DNA of 63,956 bases, the filler included, from Trypethelium eluteriae (lineage: Eukaryota), in the NCBI GenBank assembly GCA_051942245.1. It is 3 parts of 3 records of this genome, joined end to end, with 100 filler letters (N's around TTAATTAATTAA, not from the genome) between each part and the next. Parts side by side here need not be neighbours in the genome. Positions count along the whole stretch, not along the records: positions 1 to 23,084 come from JAVECL010000432.1; 2 more parts are not named here. One strand, written 5' to 3'. How positions within the stretch are numbered: position 1 is the stretch's first letter; the number at the start of each line of letters is the position of its first letter. Positions 1 to 12,681 of the stretch are shown here, in pieces. A program made the position numbers and the translations under genes. The notes beneath the pieces are model-generated. The model was given only the letters and a program-made list of their open reading frames with translations. It did no database searches and was not told the origin of the DNA.

Positions 1-2
1 GT

Positions 3-95
3 GCTGGTGCTGGGTGGGGTCCTGGGCGGTTGGCGGAGGGGATTGGGATTGATGCGAGGAGGTATGTGGAAGGGTTGTTGAGCCTGAATCGGTAG
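3..95 (+). CDS. Possible 3' end of a gene running in from left of the window
   Basis: Open frame from nt 3 reads AGAGWGPGRLAEGIGIDARRYVEGLLSLNR then TAG at 93-95; G-ending codons like other gene 3' ends here; no family recognised. Confidence 0.3.
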   Translation, partial: AGAGWGPGRLAEGIGIDARRYVEGLLSLNR

Positions 96-208
96 AGGCG
101 GTATCGCTTCTGCTTTGGGGGGATGAAGGAGAGGAGATGCAGAGTTGCATGTTCCTCTGTACAGCATGGACAAACTACCTAGTCACAGCGACGCTCTATT
201 TCCCAGCC

Positions 209-1418
209 TCACTCCTCCCAGGGTTTCTTCGTCACTCCCGGAATATAGACCCCTTCCTTCGGCCTCCACATCGGCACAAGCGCTATTGGTAAGATTCTCT
301 CCTCTGCTGCCTTCCACTGCGCGCGATATTCCTCATCTACCACTCTCCCTTCCCGATCTTTCCCTTGCTCATCCTCCCATAACGACGCGCGTCGCTCTCC
401 AAATGTCACGACCCGAAACCCGTACTTTTCGTACAGCGGGATTGCGACGGGTGTCGCGGTCAGCCAGCAATACAGACCGCGCGAGTCAGCCTCAGCGACA
501 ATGCGTTGCATGAAGAGAGCCGCGACACCACGGCGCCGGTGGGCTGGATGGGTCCATGCGGTTTGCACGACTGAAGGGACGCGAAGAGGTCAGTGCAAGT
601 GACATGGGGGAGTGAGAGAGAGCGGGGAAGAGAGTAAGAGGCTAGAAATGGACCCTGAGTAAAAGGCCATGATAGTTATTAAAATGCAATAACAGAAAAA
701 TGCAGTTGGTGAGGGAATAACATTTTGGGCGTGACTTGAGTGGAGATGTTACGTGTACAAGCTTCGGCAGATGGAAAGCCAATGTTGATCGTGCAGGGAC
801 CGACCACGTGCTTCCTAATGCTTGAGACTATAGGCGAATAAAGGTGAGACGTGGTTTACGAAATGGACTAAAGTTTGGGATTGAAGGTTGCTACGGCAGG
901 CTCAGAGAATGTCTCTGATACAATCCTCCACCGTCACATTCATATGTGCAAGACCAGGTCGAACACCAGCATACCGTTCGCGCAACTGTTGTGAAAAAGG
1001 AAGCAAACGTACAGATGTGCGGTCTTGCCATTTTCTGGCGTCTGGGAATTGCACCGCTCTCAATCAGCTGGGTCACCAATTCTCTTTCAGCTCCGTCTGG
1101 ATAATGCCATGCGATTGGTCTCTTGCCATCTTCATTTTCGAATGGGTTCGTCTCATGCAATTCGTACATTGCACCGCCTACAATTTTATTTGGCTGAGAA
1201 TCGTCTGTATCGACGACCTTAACCCAGTTCTCTGATGGGGACCCCCACATGTGTTTCTCACAGAACTCTTGCGTCTCTGCAATTGAAGCATCGCGATTAT
1301 TAAGGTCGCGGCAAGCTAGATACATCACAGGTTTCCGGGGGACCAACGACGCTTCGTAGAGCGATGTAGCTATCTGGTGGAAGTCGGCGAATTCCACGTC
1401 TGAGAGGCTGATAGGCAT
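209..1418 (-). CDS. GNAT-family acetyltransferase, 2 exons (1418-1013, 570-209)
   Basis: Exon 1 MPISLSDVEF...WVKVVDTD...KIVGGA...RPHI joins through a GTACGT...CTGAC...CAG intron (1012-571) to exon 2 with acetyl-CoA motif A (THPAHRRRGVA) and motif B (ATPVAIPLYEKYGF). Confidence 0.9.
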
Positions 1419-3988
1419 GATTTTATCGTGCTTCGTCAATAGTTCTCTGCAATGTTGAGGATTAGGGGGTAAGACGACCGGAATAATCGTGTTTCGACAT
1501 TCGATATGAACCTACTGAGCGGAGCGCGAAGGTAATACCGCGGAGTGCTGTGGGGAAGAGGAATGGATGCTGGTTGAACTAGACGAAAGAAGCTAGCCCA
1601 AGTCCTTGTAAACAAGCCCCTGTTGTCGCGGGCTATTGCGCGCAGAGATTTTGTGTCTTGGGTGGGAATCCGACTGCTCGAAGTAGAGTATGGCGGGTGC
1701 TTCTCCATTGAACGAGCCTTAGCGCGCTCTATAGCGTTGTTTCATGCCCGTAAAGGATATGTGACATTCGTGCGCTATGATCTAACGGAAGAGGACCACG
1801 AGGGCCACTGCGGACTGGAATGGAATGTTTATTAGAGTATCAGAAAAGGAAAAAGTTTGTAGATGCGATTAAGTTCCCAATCCATTTTCATCTCACACCA
1901 ACTTCCGTGAAGAACAGCAAATACACAATCCATTCAAACATTTTTGAAGAGGAATGTCCGTTCAAGGCAAACGGCAATGCCTGCTACGCACTTGAAAGCG
2001 GCTGTTTCGGCTGTCTAATACGACTAACAAAAAAGTGTCTAATCCATGAGCAAGGTACCCAGGCTGACTCATGGCGAAAGCTTCATACATAGTTGCCGAC
2101 AGGAGCAGTATGCAAAGAATCAATGGACCTACAACTGAACCCGGTCAATCCATCCCGGATGACCTCGTAAAAATTGGTTCGGTACGGCTCGCAAGTGCGG
2201 CGGGGCACTCCCCTTACTGGGAATGATCCGGTCAGAGTATGATGTTGGAGGCTTCAAGAATTATCGTCTGGAAGGGATGGATGGCGTTGGAGAGCTCCAA
2301 TGTGCTGCCTCCAAGCATTGGAGGTTCTTTCGTAGAGGTTGTTGGTTTTTCCCTGGGGTTGTTTGCGCTTTTGCCAGCCAAAGTTCATATCGTACACATG
2401 CCAATTTAACGACAGGATGGTCTTCTTTGCGTCTTTATTGAGAGGTGCCGAGGTCCTCGCCGTTGATGGACTATCTGTTATAACGTCCTCCAAGCAATGA
2501 TCGAAGAAGACCCTGTTTGATACGGCGAGCGTGGTAATCGATCGTTGCCACCGTTGCGATACAGCAGACTGGCTGCAGACAACGAGCGCGGCGGGAATGA
2601 CTAGGTAGGTAGCCTAAGGTATGCAGGTGGCATAGTGACCGGCATCGTGCCGTGAGCTGAAGTAGCTTCACGCAAGGCTAGCACCGCCAGGGTCCGGAAA
2701 AAAAGAGGAGAAGATCATTCATTTCGGCGGAGAACGATGCGCCAGTCAGACTAGAGAAAGTGCCCGCTGCAGCATCATTGCACCATTGCACCATTGTGTC
2801 ATGAGGCACGTCGGTGGCCCTCGAACGTCAGGCTCGCGCTAGTCTGACTAGTAGGCGAAGGAAGCAATGAACCGCTCACTAGGAAGAACCCAGTCAGACT
2901 ACGGAGTACGGAGTACTCTACCATGCCCGAAGATAACTTTCTCGCGATTACTCCCGTTCATCCAGTTGGACTAAGCAACTCCTAATCAGTGACTCCATCT
3001 ATCAAGGAGGAAATAAGGTTTAGCCGACAAGCGCTCGCTACATTGCCCGACATAAAGTTGTGATGATTCTTCACTAGATCAGGCACAATGTGACTTTAAT
3101 CTAGAAAAGTTGATCCAACTGCGAGCCAGTCACGCGTGTGATGCCCGCTGAAACCCGCTGCGAAAAGTAACAGTGTCGTAAATAACTGGCATTCATTGGA
3201 CGGAAGGATGTCAAATCCCCTGCCGTCTGGCTCGTTATTTTTGCTTTTTGGCTGCATCGAGCATTGTGGGATGGTCGTCATCCGCTGGCCATCCTCAGGT
3301 TTCGTTCGCGAGGCTCAAACACCGAGTACTCTGGGGTGGAGAACATCGAGCTTGCGCGACCCGTCATCTTGGCCTGTCATCTTTGCCTATCCAAGATTGC
3401 CATTGCCATACGTGGCCCTCGCCCAGACCTTTTCAATATCCACGTTTGAAGAGCGTTGCAAGCGAGCCGGGAAGCAACGTGCTTCGCTTCCCCTAGTGCG
3501 TGTTGGCAAGCTGGTGAGTTCACAGAAAGAAGGCATTAGTAGATTTGTTCTATTACGTTAATCCAGGCTTGGGCTCACTGAATGGCTCTGGGTTGGACCT
3601 TTCCGCAACTGCACGGTGTTGGTGGCTCCCCTGTCCTGTCCTACGGTGCTACAATACCTGTTCTCACCTAGGGGCTTTCCTAAGTGATCAGCGACCGCTA
3701 TGGGTCAACCTGGTAAAAGAGCTGCGTTGTGTGCTTGCCTCCTCTGCTGCAGCTCGAACTCTTCGACAGCGGCGCGACTTCCATGTGGGAGGATTAATTA
3801 TCCACATGGGTCTGACCTCAGCATCCGCTTCAAGTAGGCGCTCCTTATACCATACGACAAACTACAATTTCCAAAACACCAAGCTCCTGGGCAGGTGCAT
3901 GTGCTTGATCTCTCTTGCGCTCTACTGAAATTATGGTAGTGTGTTCTTCTTACTGATCTGCTTCCTAATAGCTTCAATTATATTCAAC

Positions 3989-5467
3989 ATGTCGTTAGCT
4001 GAGTCTGAGACGCTAAATGATAGTCAGAGAAAGGCATTGATTGTGACAGAGAGAGTCACCTCATGTCTATCAATCCTGAGCATTCTCTTCATTCTCGCTA
4101 CCTTCTGGTTCTCTCCATACTTCAACAAACCTATCAATCGACTTTTTTTCTTCGCCTCATGGGGAAACTTGGGATCATGTATCGCTGCTCTGATATCAGA
4201 AAATGGTCCTGCGTCCGGTGCAACCTCATCACTTTGCCAATTCCAGGCGTTTCTCGTTCAGATGTATGTCTCTTGCAGTCGCGCGGAATAGATACAGACT
4301 AACGGCTAATAGGTTCCTCGGGGTTGATGTGCTGTGGGCCTTCTGCATGGCCATCAATGTTTACCTTGCCTTTTTTCGGGGCTACTCTGTCAAGCAGCTC
4401 CGTGGGCTAGATGTGAGATATCTGCTCTTCTGCTACGGCGCCTCCTTCGTCCCAGCCTTCATCTTCATCTTCATCTCGACGCATTCTCGAGGCCACCTCT
4501 ATGGGCCTGCAATCATCTGGTGTTGGATCAGTCTGGAGTGGGATCCCATGCGTATCATTTTTCTCTATGGCCCAATCTGGTACGTATCTGACTCACAATT
4601 CTCGATCTTTTAAACTGACTCCCTCCAGGCTAGCGATCGTATTTGCATTCGCAGTCTACGTCAGAGCTGGTCTCGTTATCTGGCGAAAGCGTCGCCACCT
4701 CAATGGCTTCCTTAATCCTCTAAATGAAAATCCTTTTACTGGCATTATCACGACTGATATCACCGTCACCACCTCTGAAATGCAGCCTCAGACAACACAC
4801 GAGCCGGTAGGAATGCCAGAGGAACCCCCGCTAGCAAGACCTTCTTCCACGCAGCCGATCACGGGAGATGGGATTCATCCTTACTCGGTAACTGTTGATG
4901 TGGACCCTCAAAAAAGGTCTCCACAACCAGCAATTCTTCGCGTGCGGAGCTTGACCAGGGAAGCCGCCATCGACGAAATAAATGCCGAGGCCTGGCTCTA
5001 CGCTCGCGTAGCCATTCTTTTCTTCATCGCACTTCTAATTACTTGGGTAGGTCTCTCCAACTTCATCCTCGATCTCTACTCCTCTTGGTCCGAAACGGGG
5101 AAACCAAAGCTAACATATCGTCGCATTCTAGGTACCGTCCAGCGTGAATCGAGTGTATGCTTTGGTCGCACCACACAGCTTCAATTTTGCCCTCAACTAC
5201 GTTGCCTCCCTCGTCTTTCCACTACAGGCCTTCTGGAACGTCATTGTCTACATCATCACCTCGCAGACTGCATGCCGGAAAACTTGGGAAGATGTTTGGA
5301 GATCGCGCCTACGGACGACTGGAAACATTGTTCACCTCGGAAGTCGTACCAATTACGGAGTGGGAGGAATTCGCGCTGGTAGTGAAAGCGCAAGAGGATT
5401 AACTCGGCCACGGTTGAGTAGCGACGGGAGTTTGAGGGAGCTCTATAAGGGTGGAATGCCGGTCTGA
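3989..5467 (+). CDS. cAMP-receptor-like 7TM GPCR, 4 exons (3989-4263, 4313-4579, 4629-5046, 5132-5467)
   Basis: FNKPINRLFFFASWGN, SLCQFQAFLVQMFLGVDVLWAFCMAINVYL, YGPAIIWCWI, ITWVPSSVNRVY and PLQAFWNVIVYI are typical of fungal cAMP-receptor-like GPCRs; the GT-AG introns keep the frame. Confidence 0.9.
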
Positions 5468-5767
5468 GATGCGGATGTATATGGTGACAGGAGTTTGAGG
5501 GCGTTGTGCCAGGAGGTTGGGCCACCGGTGTGATGAATTGGCTTATGATTGATCAGAGCTCGATGACGACCCACGGTGGTTATGATGACTAGGGAGAGAA
5601 TGAAAGGTGGGCAGGATCTTTTCTTACAGGACATGAAAAGTAGAATATACCCCGTGCAATCTTGCTGGCTTTACTCAAATTTAACATCAAATGTTGACAA
5701 TTATATTGTTCTATGCTCTTTGTTCCGTGACGTGACGACATTTTACGCACAATCCCAAACTGCTCGC

Positions 5768-6829
5768 CTACAGTACTCTGGATAAAGTGTTCGGGGCAAC
5801 CCCCACCAATTTTCCCGCACCAAATGTCTCTTCCTTTTTTGCCCTCCCTCCCTTCCACCCCTTCACACGTCCAATGCTCCCACCACCATCCACCACGATG
5901 TCCCTGCCATTCACATGTGCTCCAGCCCTGCTCGCCAAGTACACCACCGTCCCGGCAAAGTCCTCCGCCCGACCCAGCCTGCCATTAGGATATGTACGTG
6001 CAAGCATCTCTTCCCCACCAAACGCCTCTACAATGGGCCTGCTCATCTCCGTCGGGAAGATGCCCGGAGAAATACAATTTGTCAGGATATTACGTGGGCC
6101 GAGTTCGACTGCGAGCTGACGCGCAAGGTGAATCACCCCGGCTTTTGCTGCTGCGTAGGAGAAGGTGCCCTTGGGGCCGAGGATGGTTAGCCCGCTCCCG
6201 CTGACGGAGCCGGTGATGATAACGCGAGAGGGGGAGGAGAGGGTGGCGCGGGCAGTGAGGAGGGGCGTGAATCTGCAACGGAGTCAGGTTCGGGCGGACC
6301 TCCTCACTGGGGAAGAGAAGGAGGAGTTGGCACGGGGGAAACGGACTTCTGGATGGAGTAGAAGGCGCCTTTGAGATTTAGGTCAAGGACTTGAGAGAAC
6401 TTGTTGGGGTCATGCGTATCGAAAGCCTCAGCATGGTTCGTGCCTGAATTATAAAGGAGGATATCGACGTGAGATGTTGTCTGGCTAACACCCTCGACCA
6501 ACTGTTTGATACCTTCGAGTGTAGAGCAATCAGCAGGCACGGCAATGGCTTGCGCATCAGGATGCTTGTTGGGGAGAGCATTGAGGGCGGCGCAGGCCTC
6601 GTCACAGGCACTGGCTGTACGGGAACTGATGTAGACTTTGGATGCGCCAGCTTGAAGAATCCTGAATCGTTGTACTAAGTGAGCTGTTGGACAAAGTTGG
6701 TCGAGAGAGGAAAAATGGCTACCCTGATGCTGCGGATAGTCCAAGACCGCTGCTTCCACCTGTCACAACTGCGACTTTGCCCCGAAGTGAGAAGATGTTT
6801 GAGAAATCGTCAAGCTGAACACCTGCCAT
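5768..6829 (-). CDS. Classical short-chain dehydrogenase/reductase (RhlG-like fungal group), 3 exons (6829-6723, 6661-6347, 6272-5768)
   Basis: MAGVQLDDFSNIFSLRGKVAVVTGGSSGLG (TGxxxGxG), catalytic SYAAAK (YxxxK), NCISPGIFPTEM, NGRDIVVDGG. Confidence 0.92.
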
Positions 6830-7782
6830 GGTGCCAATCTCGCGCTGGACAAGATATATTCTTTGAAGTCAGATGAGTTGGTACCATGGCCTTCTACAGG
6901 CTGCTCTTTTTATATCTGCCGTCGCGACTGTCCAAATCAAACAGATCGGACTTTACATAACACCGTAATCGCCGTGCAAAGTCCTCGAGCACGTTGGACT
7001 CTCAGGCCCATTGCACAAAATTATGGTGGTTGAAGACCGAAATTGCCGTGGATGCCGACACAAACATCAATACGGAGTACTATCTTACGGTAGGCGCGGC
7101 AAAAGCTCGGCAACCTGTGTAGAGTACTCTACTAAGAACTCCGACCGGCTCACTACTACCTTACCTAGCTGTCATGGCCATTAATAGACTGGCTCACGAC
7201 CTTTGGGCTCCTTTGCTTCACAAGCTGAGGAACCCTCGATTTTTTGGCAGTCTGGAGCGCTACTAGCGATATCATGACCTAGCGAAAGCTGCTTCCGTTG
7301 CTGATCCCTCGACCTGCTTGATTTGAGGGCCTGTCCATCTTGATAGAAGCTCATTGTCTCTGTAACGTCATGCTGAATAAAGTCTGGAAGAATAGCTACA
7401 TGTAAGTACCTCATGGAGGCGATGATGAATCATCCTTTCGCAAAGTATTCCTCTTTTGGGAAATCGAAAAAGCCCTCCTTTGCTTCCGTTGCGATTGGAT
7501 GCTTTGACAGAATCGATTGCTTTCGATAGGTCAATTGACGTCAATTTGTCTTGACACAACGCACTAAACTGCTCTGACAGCCAACTGTGCCTCTTACGAT
7601 CTTGCGGGGCTTTTTGGCTACCCGAAGCGAGCTCTACGCCGCATTAGACTCCCAATGACTAATCATTCCTTTGCGGCCACCCATATCGGAGCATTTCCTA
7701 CGAAAGCTGCAGATCGAAAATTCTCAGTTGTCTCCCGGATTTCTCGTTACATGAAACGTAGCTTGGTCTTATCATCGTAGAA

Positions 7783-8538
7783 ATGCCTTCTCCTTACCTC
7801 TTTTTCGTCCAATCGAACCCCACCTTCGTCGACGACGATTTATGGACCAAGTGGTACACTGTCGAACACCTCCCAGACCTCGTTAATTCCAAACTCTACG
7901 ACCGTGCTGCACTATATAAGGAGGTTGAGGTCCCCCTTGATCTCGTAGCCGGTGTTCCTCCTTACCCTCGCAAATTTCTCGCAGTCTATCAGACGGCTCA
8001 GGAGGAGGCTTCCGGAACGCAAGCACATCAAGAACTCAGGACTACGAGTGAAATGTTTGCCGAGCAAGGAGGACCGAAAGAGATTGAAAGGAATGGCGAT
8101 ATTGATGCAAGGAATTACAAGCTCATCCAAGATTACGACCCTGATATAGTGGGAGATGGTACATACGAGAAGCTGCTAAACTTTAACGGATAGGACTGAT
8201 GTGAGATTAAAGTTCCTAGCCCTCATATTCTTACAGTCGAGTTGCAGCCAAACGATGAGGAGGACTATGACAGGTTTTACCGCGAAGAGCATTTAGATCT
8301 ACTTCACAAAGTTCCCGGATTCAGACGCTCTCAGCGGTATGTGTTAGGTCCAAAAACAAGGCTCACTCAGGGTGATCCGCCGAAGTATTTGGCTGTGCAT
8401 GAGTTCAATGACTTGAGTGTGCTTGCAGGACCAGAGATGACGGACACGAATTCGAGACCCTGGACCCAAAAGATATTGAAAGAGAATACCGCATTCATCT
8501 TACGTGGATGGCAATTGATCAAGCCGGAGGGCTATTAA
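7783..8538 (+). CDS. EthD-like tandem dimeric alpha/beta-barrel protein, 2 exons (7783-8158, 8213-8538)
   Basis: Two internal repeats, WTKWYTVEHLPDLV...FLAVY and YDRFYREEHLDLLHKVPGFRRSQRY...YLAVHEF, match the W/FY-x2-EH pattern of EthD/DABB proteins. Confidence 0.8.
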
Positions 8539-8769
8539 TGAGCGCGAGTCCAGCGACAGATCATGAGCTTGCAGTCGTCTTCCACGCCTTGTGCCTGTTC
8601 ATTGAGCCTTATACGCCACGAAATCCTGCCTCACAACGCTCATTAGAAACAAGATTTTGAAGCTTTGAACACATATTGTACATTAAGCTCAGTTTAATGG
8701 GGATACTAACTCAAGCCAAAAACTCGTCGTTGGACCTGTTATTCACTAATGTTCCAACGTCCTCTTTTA

Positions 8770-10387
8770 TCAGACGCCAAAAGTGATAGACTTGATCTCC
8801 GTATACTCTTCTAACGGAGTTGAACCACCTTCACGCCCGATTCCGGACTGTTTGATGCCACCAAAGGGTTGCTCACAAGCGCTAACTAATCCGACCTGCA
8901 CACCCACCATACCCGATTCTAATGCCTCCGCAACACGCCATTGTCTGCTGGCATCCTTGGTGTAGAAGTATGACGCTAGGCCGGCGTTGGTTTCGTTTGC
9001 ATACCTTATTGCTTCTTCCTCTGTTTTGAATGGAATGAGCGCGACCATGGGTCCAAATGTCTCCTCACTAGAGAATGCCAGATCACTCGTCTTAGAGGTT
9101 AGGTTAGCGCTGACCCTCAATGCAGTCGGAGGTATAAAATTGGGTCCTCTTCCTTTTTCATCCTCCAACCCGCCAGTCAACAACGTGGCGCCCTGTTTCA
9201 ATGCATCTTCGAAGTGCCTCTTCACCTTTGCTACTCCCTTCGAGGAATATAAAGGGCCAAAACTTGTCTTCTTGTCCCAGACAGACCCAGCTACCAGCGT
9301 CTCCGGTATGCGTTTCAGTAACTGCTTACTAAAAGCCTCAATCACGCTCTCATGGACAAGAACCCGATTTGCACATACACATGTCTGCCCCGACGACCGA
9401 AACTTACTCGTGATAAGACCCTCGACCGCCTTCTCCACATCCGCATCCTCAAACACAATGAAGGGAGCATTCCCCCCCAACTCCATTGACGTTCTCTTCA
9501 GCGTCTTCGCGCACTCGGAATGGAGCCACATGCCCACCGCCGTACTGCCCGTAAAGCTCAGATGCCTCACCAATCGATTCTCACACATCTCCGCCCCGCA
9601 CTCCGCCGTCGTCTCCGCCGAGCACGTCACCACATTCAGCACTCCCGACGGAAAGCCACACCGCTCGAACAACTTCGCAAGCGCAATCGCACACAGCGGG
9701 GTCTCAGGCGCCGGCTTCACGACCACCGTATTCCCCGCCGCGATCGCCGCCCCAACCTTCCTCGTAATCATCGCGACCGGACTATTCCAGGGCGTGACGG
9801 CAGCGACGACGCCCTGCGGCTCTCGCACGGTGACGATGCGGTTGTCGGCGCGGTTCGCGACGATGCTCTCGCCGCGGACGTGCTCTGTCAGCGTCTCGAA
9901 CCAGTCGAGGAAGGAGACCGCGTACGCGACGGTCCCGAGCGATTCGGTGAAGGGTTTGCCCAACTCGAGCGTGCAGATGGCGGCGAGGTCGGAGGCGTGC
10001 GCCTTGATGGCGTCGGACCAGGCGCGGAGCATGAAGCGGCGCTGGCGGGGGGGCACGTGTCGGTAGGTCTGGAAGGCGGTGTGCGCGGTGGAGATGGCGT
10101 TGTGGATTTCGGGGCGGGTGAGGTCGGTGATTTCGGCTGCGAGGGCGTCGTCTTCAGGGTCTGGATGGGGAGTTGGCTATGAGGATTGGATGGTTGGGGT
10201 TGGGTGTCATACCATAGACGGGGAAGGTCTTGTTGGAGCTTGAGCTGACCCATTCGCCGCCAATGAATGAACGTGTATCCAGGAGACTGGGATCTTTGAA
10301 CTATATATCTGGTGAGTTCTTTTCTTGGAAGTAAAGGTATGTCGATTGCCTCACGGTGTATGGTATCTGCTTCTTGAGTACTGACAT
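8770..10387 (-). CDS. Succinate-semialdehyde dehydrogenase-like NAD(P)-dependent aldehyde dehydrogenase, 3 exons
   Basis: Spliced N-terminus MSVLKKQIPYT/FKDPSLLDTRSFIGGEW; motifs TPWNSP, KPAPETP, SFTGST, catalytic Glu in MELGGNAP, catalytic Cys in GQTCVC, EETFGP, PFGGIKQSGIGREG. Confidence 0.93.
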
Positions 10388-10551
10388 AATGAAAAGTGTT
10401 TCTGGATAGTAAGGGCAGACTTGCGCCCAATGCAGAGAAAATTCTGGAGAAGTAGGACAGACAAACGATCAAGACAGAAATATGGAATGCATACCGGGTA
10501 ACCCTGAAAATCGAACGAAAGCTTGCGTAGTTGAATGACATATTACCAGAT

Positions 10552-10672
10552 GTGGGGTTGCGGGGTGGATGTGGAGAAAAAGTCTTAAACCCGAAGGTCA
10601 GAGTCAGGGATGCTACAAATGCTTTGACTTACAAGACTTTTCGACTTGAAATATGGTATATTGTTGCCCCAC
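10552..10672. promoter_or_regulatory. Divergent promoter with clustered CreA/Cre1-type SYGGRG sites
   Basis: GTGGGG 10552, GCGGGG 10560, GTGGAG 10571 and CCCCAC 10667 lie within the 384-bp gap between the ALDH and SDR start codons. Confidence 0.5.
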
Positions 10673-10771
10673 TTACTTTGAACCATTCATTCAACGGGTC
10701 AGAACAGTTGTTCTGCTCGCGAGAATTCCCCAGCTAGCACTTGGCTTTACCGAAGATAATTAAGAGAAAAG

Positions 10772-11651
10772 ATGGGACGCCTCGACGGGAAAGTTGCCCT
10801 CATAACTGGGGCGGGATCTGGATTCGGCGAAGCCATGGCAAAAGCCTTTACACGAGAAGGAGCTTCAGTAGTTGTTGCGGACATTAATACAGAAGGTGGC
10901 AACAGAGTAGTCAAAGAAATCGAAGAAGCGAAGAACCCTGGCAAAGCCGCGTTTCTGAATATGGATTGCACGAAAGAACCAGCATGGCCAGAAGCTTTAG
11001 AGTTTGCAAAAAAGCAGATGGGTGGGTTACACATTGTCTGTAATAATGCAGGGACAACATACAAGAAAAAGTCCAGTCTCGAAGTTACTGAGCAGGAATT
11101 TGACAAGATCATCAATGTCAATGTCAAATCGATATACCTCAGTGTTAGAGTGTTGATGCCACACTTCATTGGACAGAAATCGGGTGTCATCTTAAACACC
11201 TCCAGTGTGGCCGGCACGAGAGTTCGGCCAGGGTAAGCCAATCCAGGATCGTTCAAAGATCAACTCGTCTCACCATCCCGTGCAACTAGACAGGTTTTCT
11301 ATGGAGGAACAAAGGGTTTCGTTAGTATGGCTTCTTGCTTCACGAGCAGTAATTACCGCAGGACTGATGTCTGTAGATACTATAACGCAAGGGCTTGCGG
11401 CAGAGTTTGGACCATCTGGCGTACGAGTCAATTCCTTATGTCCGTTACGAGGAACGACTGGCTTGCTCGAACTTTTCTCCGGGGTGCCTGATACGCCTGA
11501 AGAGCGCGCGCGGTTCGCTCAGACTGTTCCGCTTCGGCGCCAGTCAGAGCCCAGCGACGTGGCTGCGGCGGCGACATTCTTGGTGAGCGATGAGGCAGAG
11601 TTTATCACAGGGGTGAATTTGCCGGTGGACGGGGGCCGGCTGGCAGTTTGA
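10772..11651 (+). CDS. Classical SDR (FabG/TsaC-like), 3 exons (10772-11232, 11290-11324, 11377-11651)
   Basis: GKVALITGAGSGFG, NNAG, NTSS, catalytic FYGGTK in a 35-nt middle exon, GVRVNSLCP, FITGVNLPVDGG. Confidence 0.93.
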
Positions 11652-12681
11652 TGAGTGTGAGATCTAGAAACCAACAGTATGTAGAGTGTAAGTCCATTCG
11701 GATTTTTAAACACGGAAGACCTGTCTCTGATGGATTCTCTTTCATATCCCATTCGTGGTAGAGGTCAGTGAAGCCGATTATCTGCCGCAGCCATACAGAT
11801 AGCATAATCAGAGGGTGCAATGAGAAACGTTAGCAGTGCATACAAGGCTTTATATCGCTGCGAGCCTTCCCGATTGAAGAAAGCTGAAAAGGGGCATCTG
11901 CGGGATTTCCCACGGGTTCTTCCCAGTATTGTAGTGAACTCTTCTTCTTGAACTTGGGGAAGAATTCATTGAGGGGCTCACGGCGCCAATTCGCGAAAGC
12001 ATAGGAAGTCAGAATATTAGCCGACTCAAACATTGTAAATAAAATGCATCGAGGCAACACCGACAGGTCGGATTTTCTTGATGCAACAGCACGTCCTTGT
12101 ATGGAAAATCATCGGAGTTGGTATATTTCCTACGGTCTCCGACTTTCTTTGAGGGAGCTCGTTGGTCAGTGTCCATTGTGACTGCATCGGTGAATTGATC
12201 CTCTTTTGGAAAGCTCGGATAGCCAAGTTCCGCATGTTGAGGCAGGAACAGAGCAAATGCTGTACCATCAGACGCGTGAATTTCTCTTAACGGCCACGAC
12301 GGCATACCTGCAGTTGTCGGCTTCTTGCACCTTAGCAGGGCAAGTGAGCCGAGGCATGCCAAAAAAAGGCTGATTATTTTGTCTCCGCATTCAAGCTCCG
12401 CTGTTGTACCGAACGCGAATGCCCCAGTATACCACGATCGATACACCAATACATCATGTCTCGTAGGCCAATGCGGGGCTTAACTGGCTCCCGTGGCTGC
12501 GGTTTCGTCGGTAGACCTGCTCTACTATCTTCGGGTCATCATTGCCCCACGTCAGTGAGTCGTCTTGTCAGTCGTATCACCATCAGTCAAAATGCGGGTT
12601 CTCTCGCAAGAGCTTGATATTTATGCTCTCTGTACCTCCCTGAAACCTTGAATCCTATCGTGATGTGATTGCTAAAGCAAA

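Noticed and set aside
6810..6887. Out-of-frame upstream ATG (minus strand) giving a 25-codon uORF overlapping the SDR start
   Set aside because: It lies only about 20-25 nt downstream of the TATAAAA element near 6907-6914, so it is probably upstream of the transcription start.
7181..7559. Two short minus-strand ORFs inside the SDR/EthD-like intergenic region
   Set aside because: No recognisable motif; the only joining intron would be about 26 nt, too short.
8987..10182. Long plus-strand ORFs (359 aa, 220 aa) over the aldehyde dehydrogenase
   Set aside because: Antisense shadows of a GC-rich, codon-biased gene; no motifs of their own.
11830..12449. Possible sixth cluster gene or pseudogene on the minus strand between the SDR and the FMO
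   Set aside because: No family motif and no convincing splice acceptor after the branch-like GCTAAT; cannot be supported, though a relic is not excluded.
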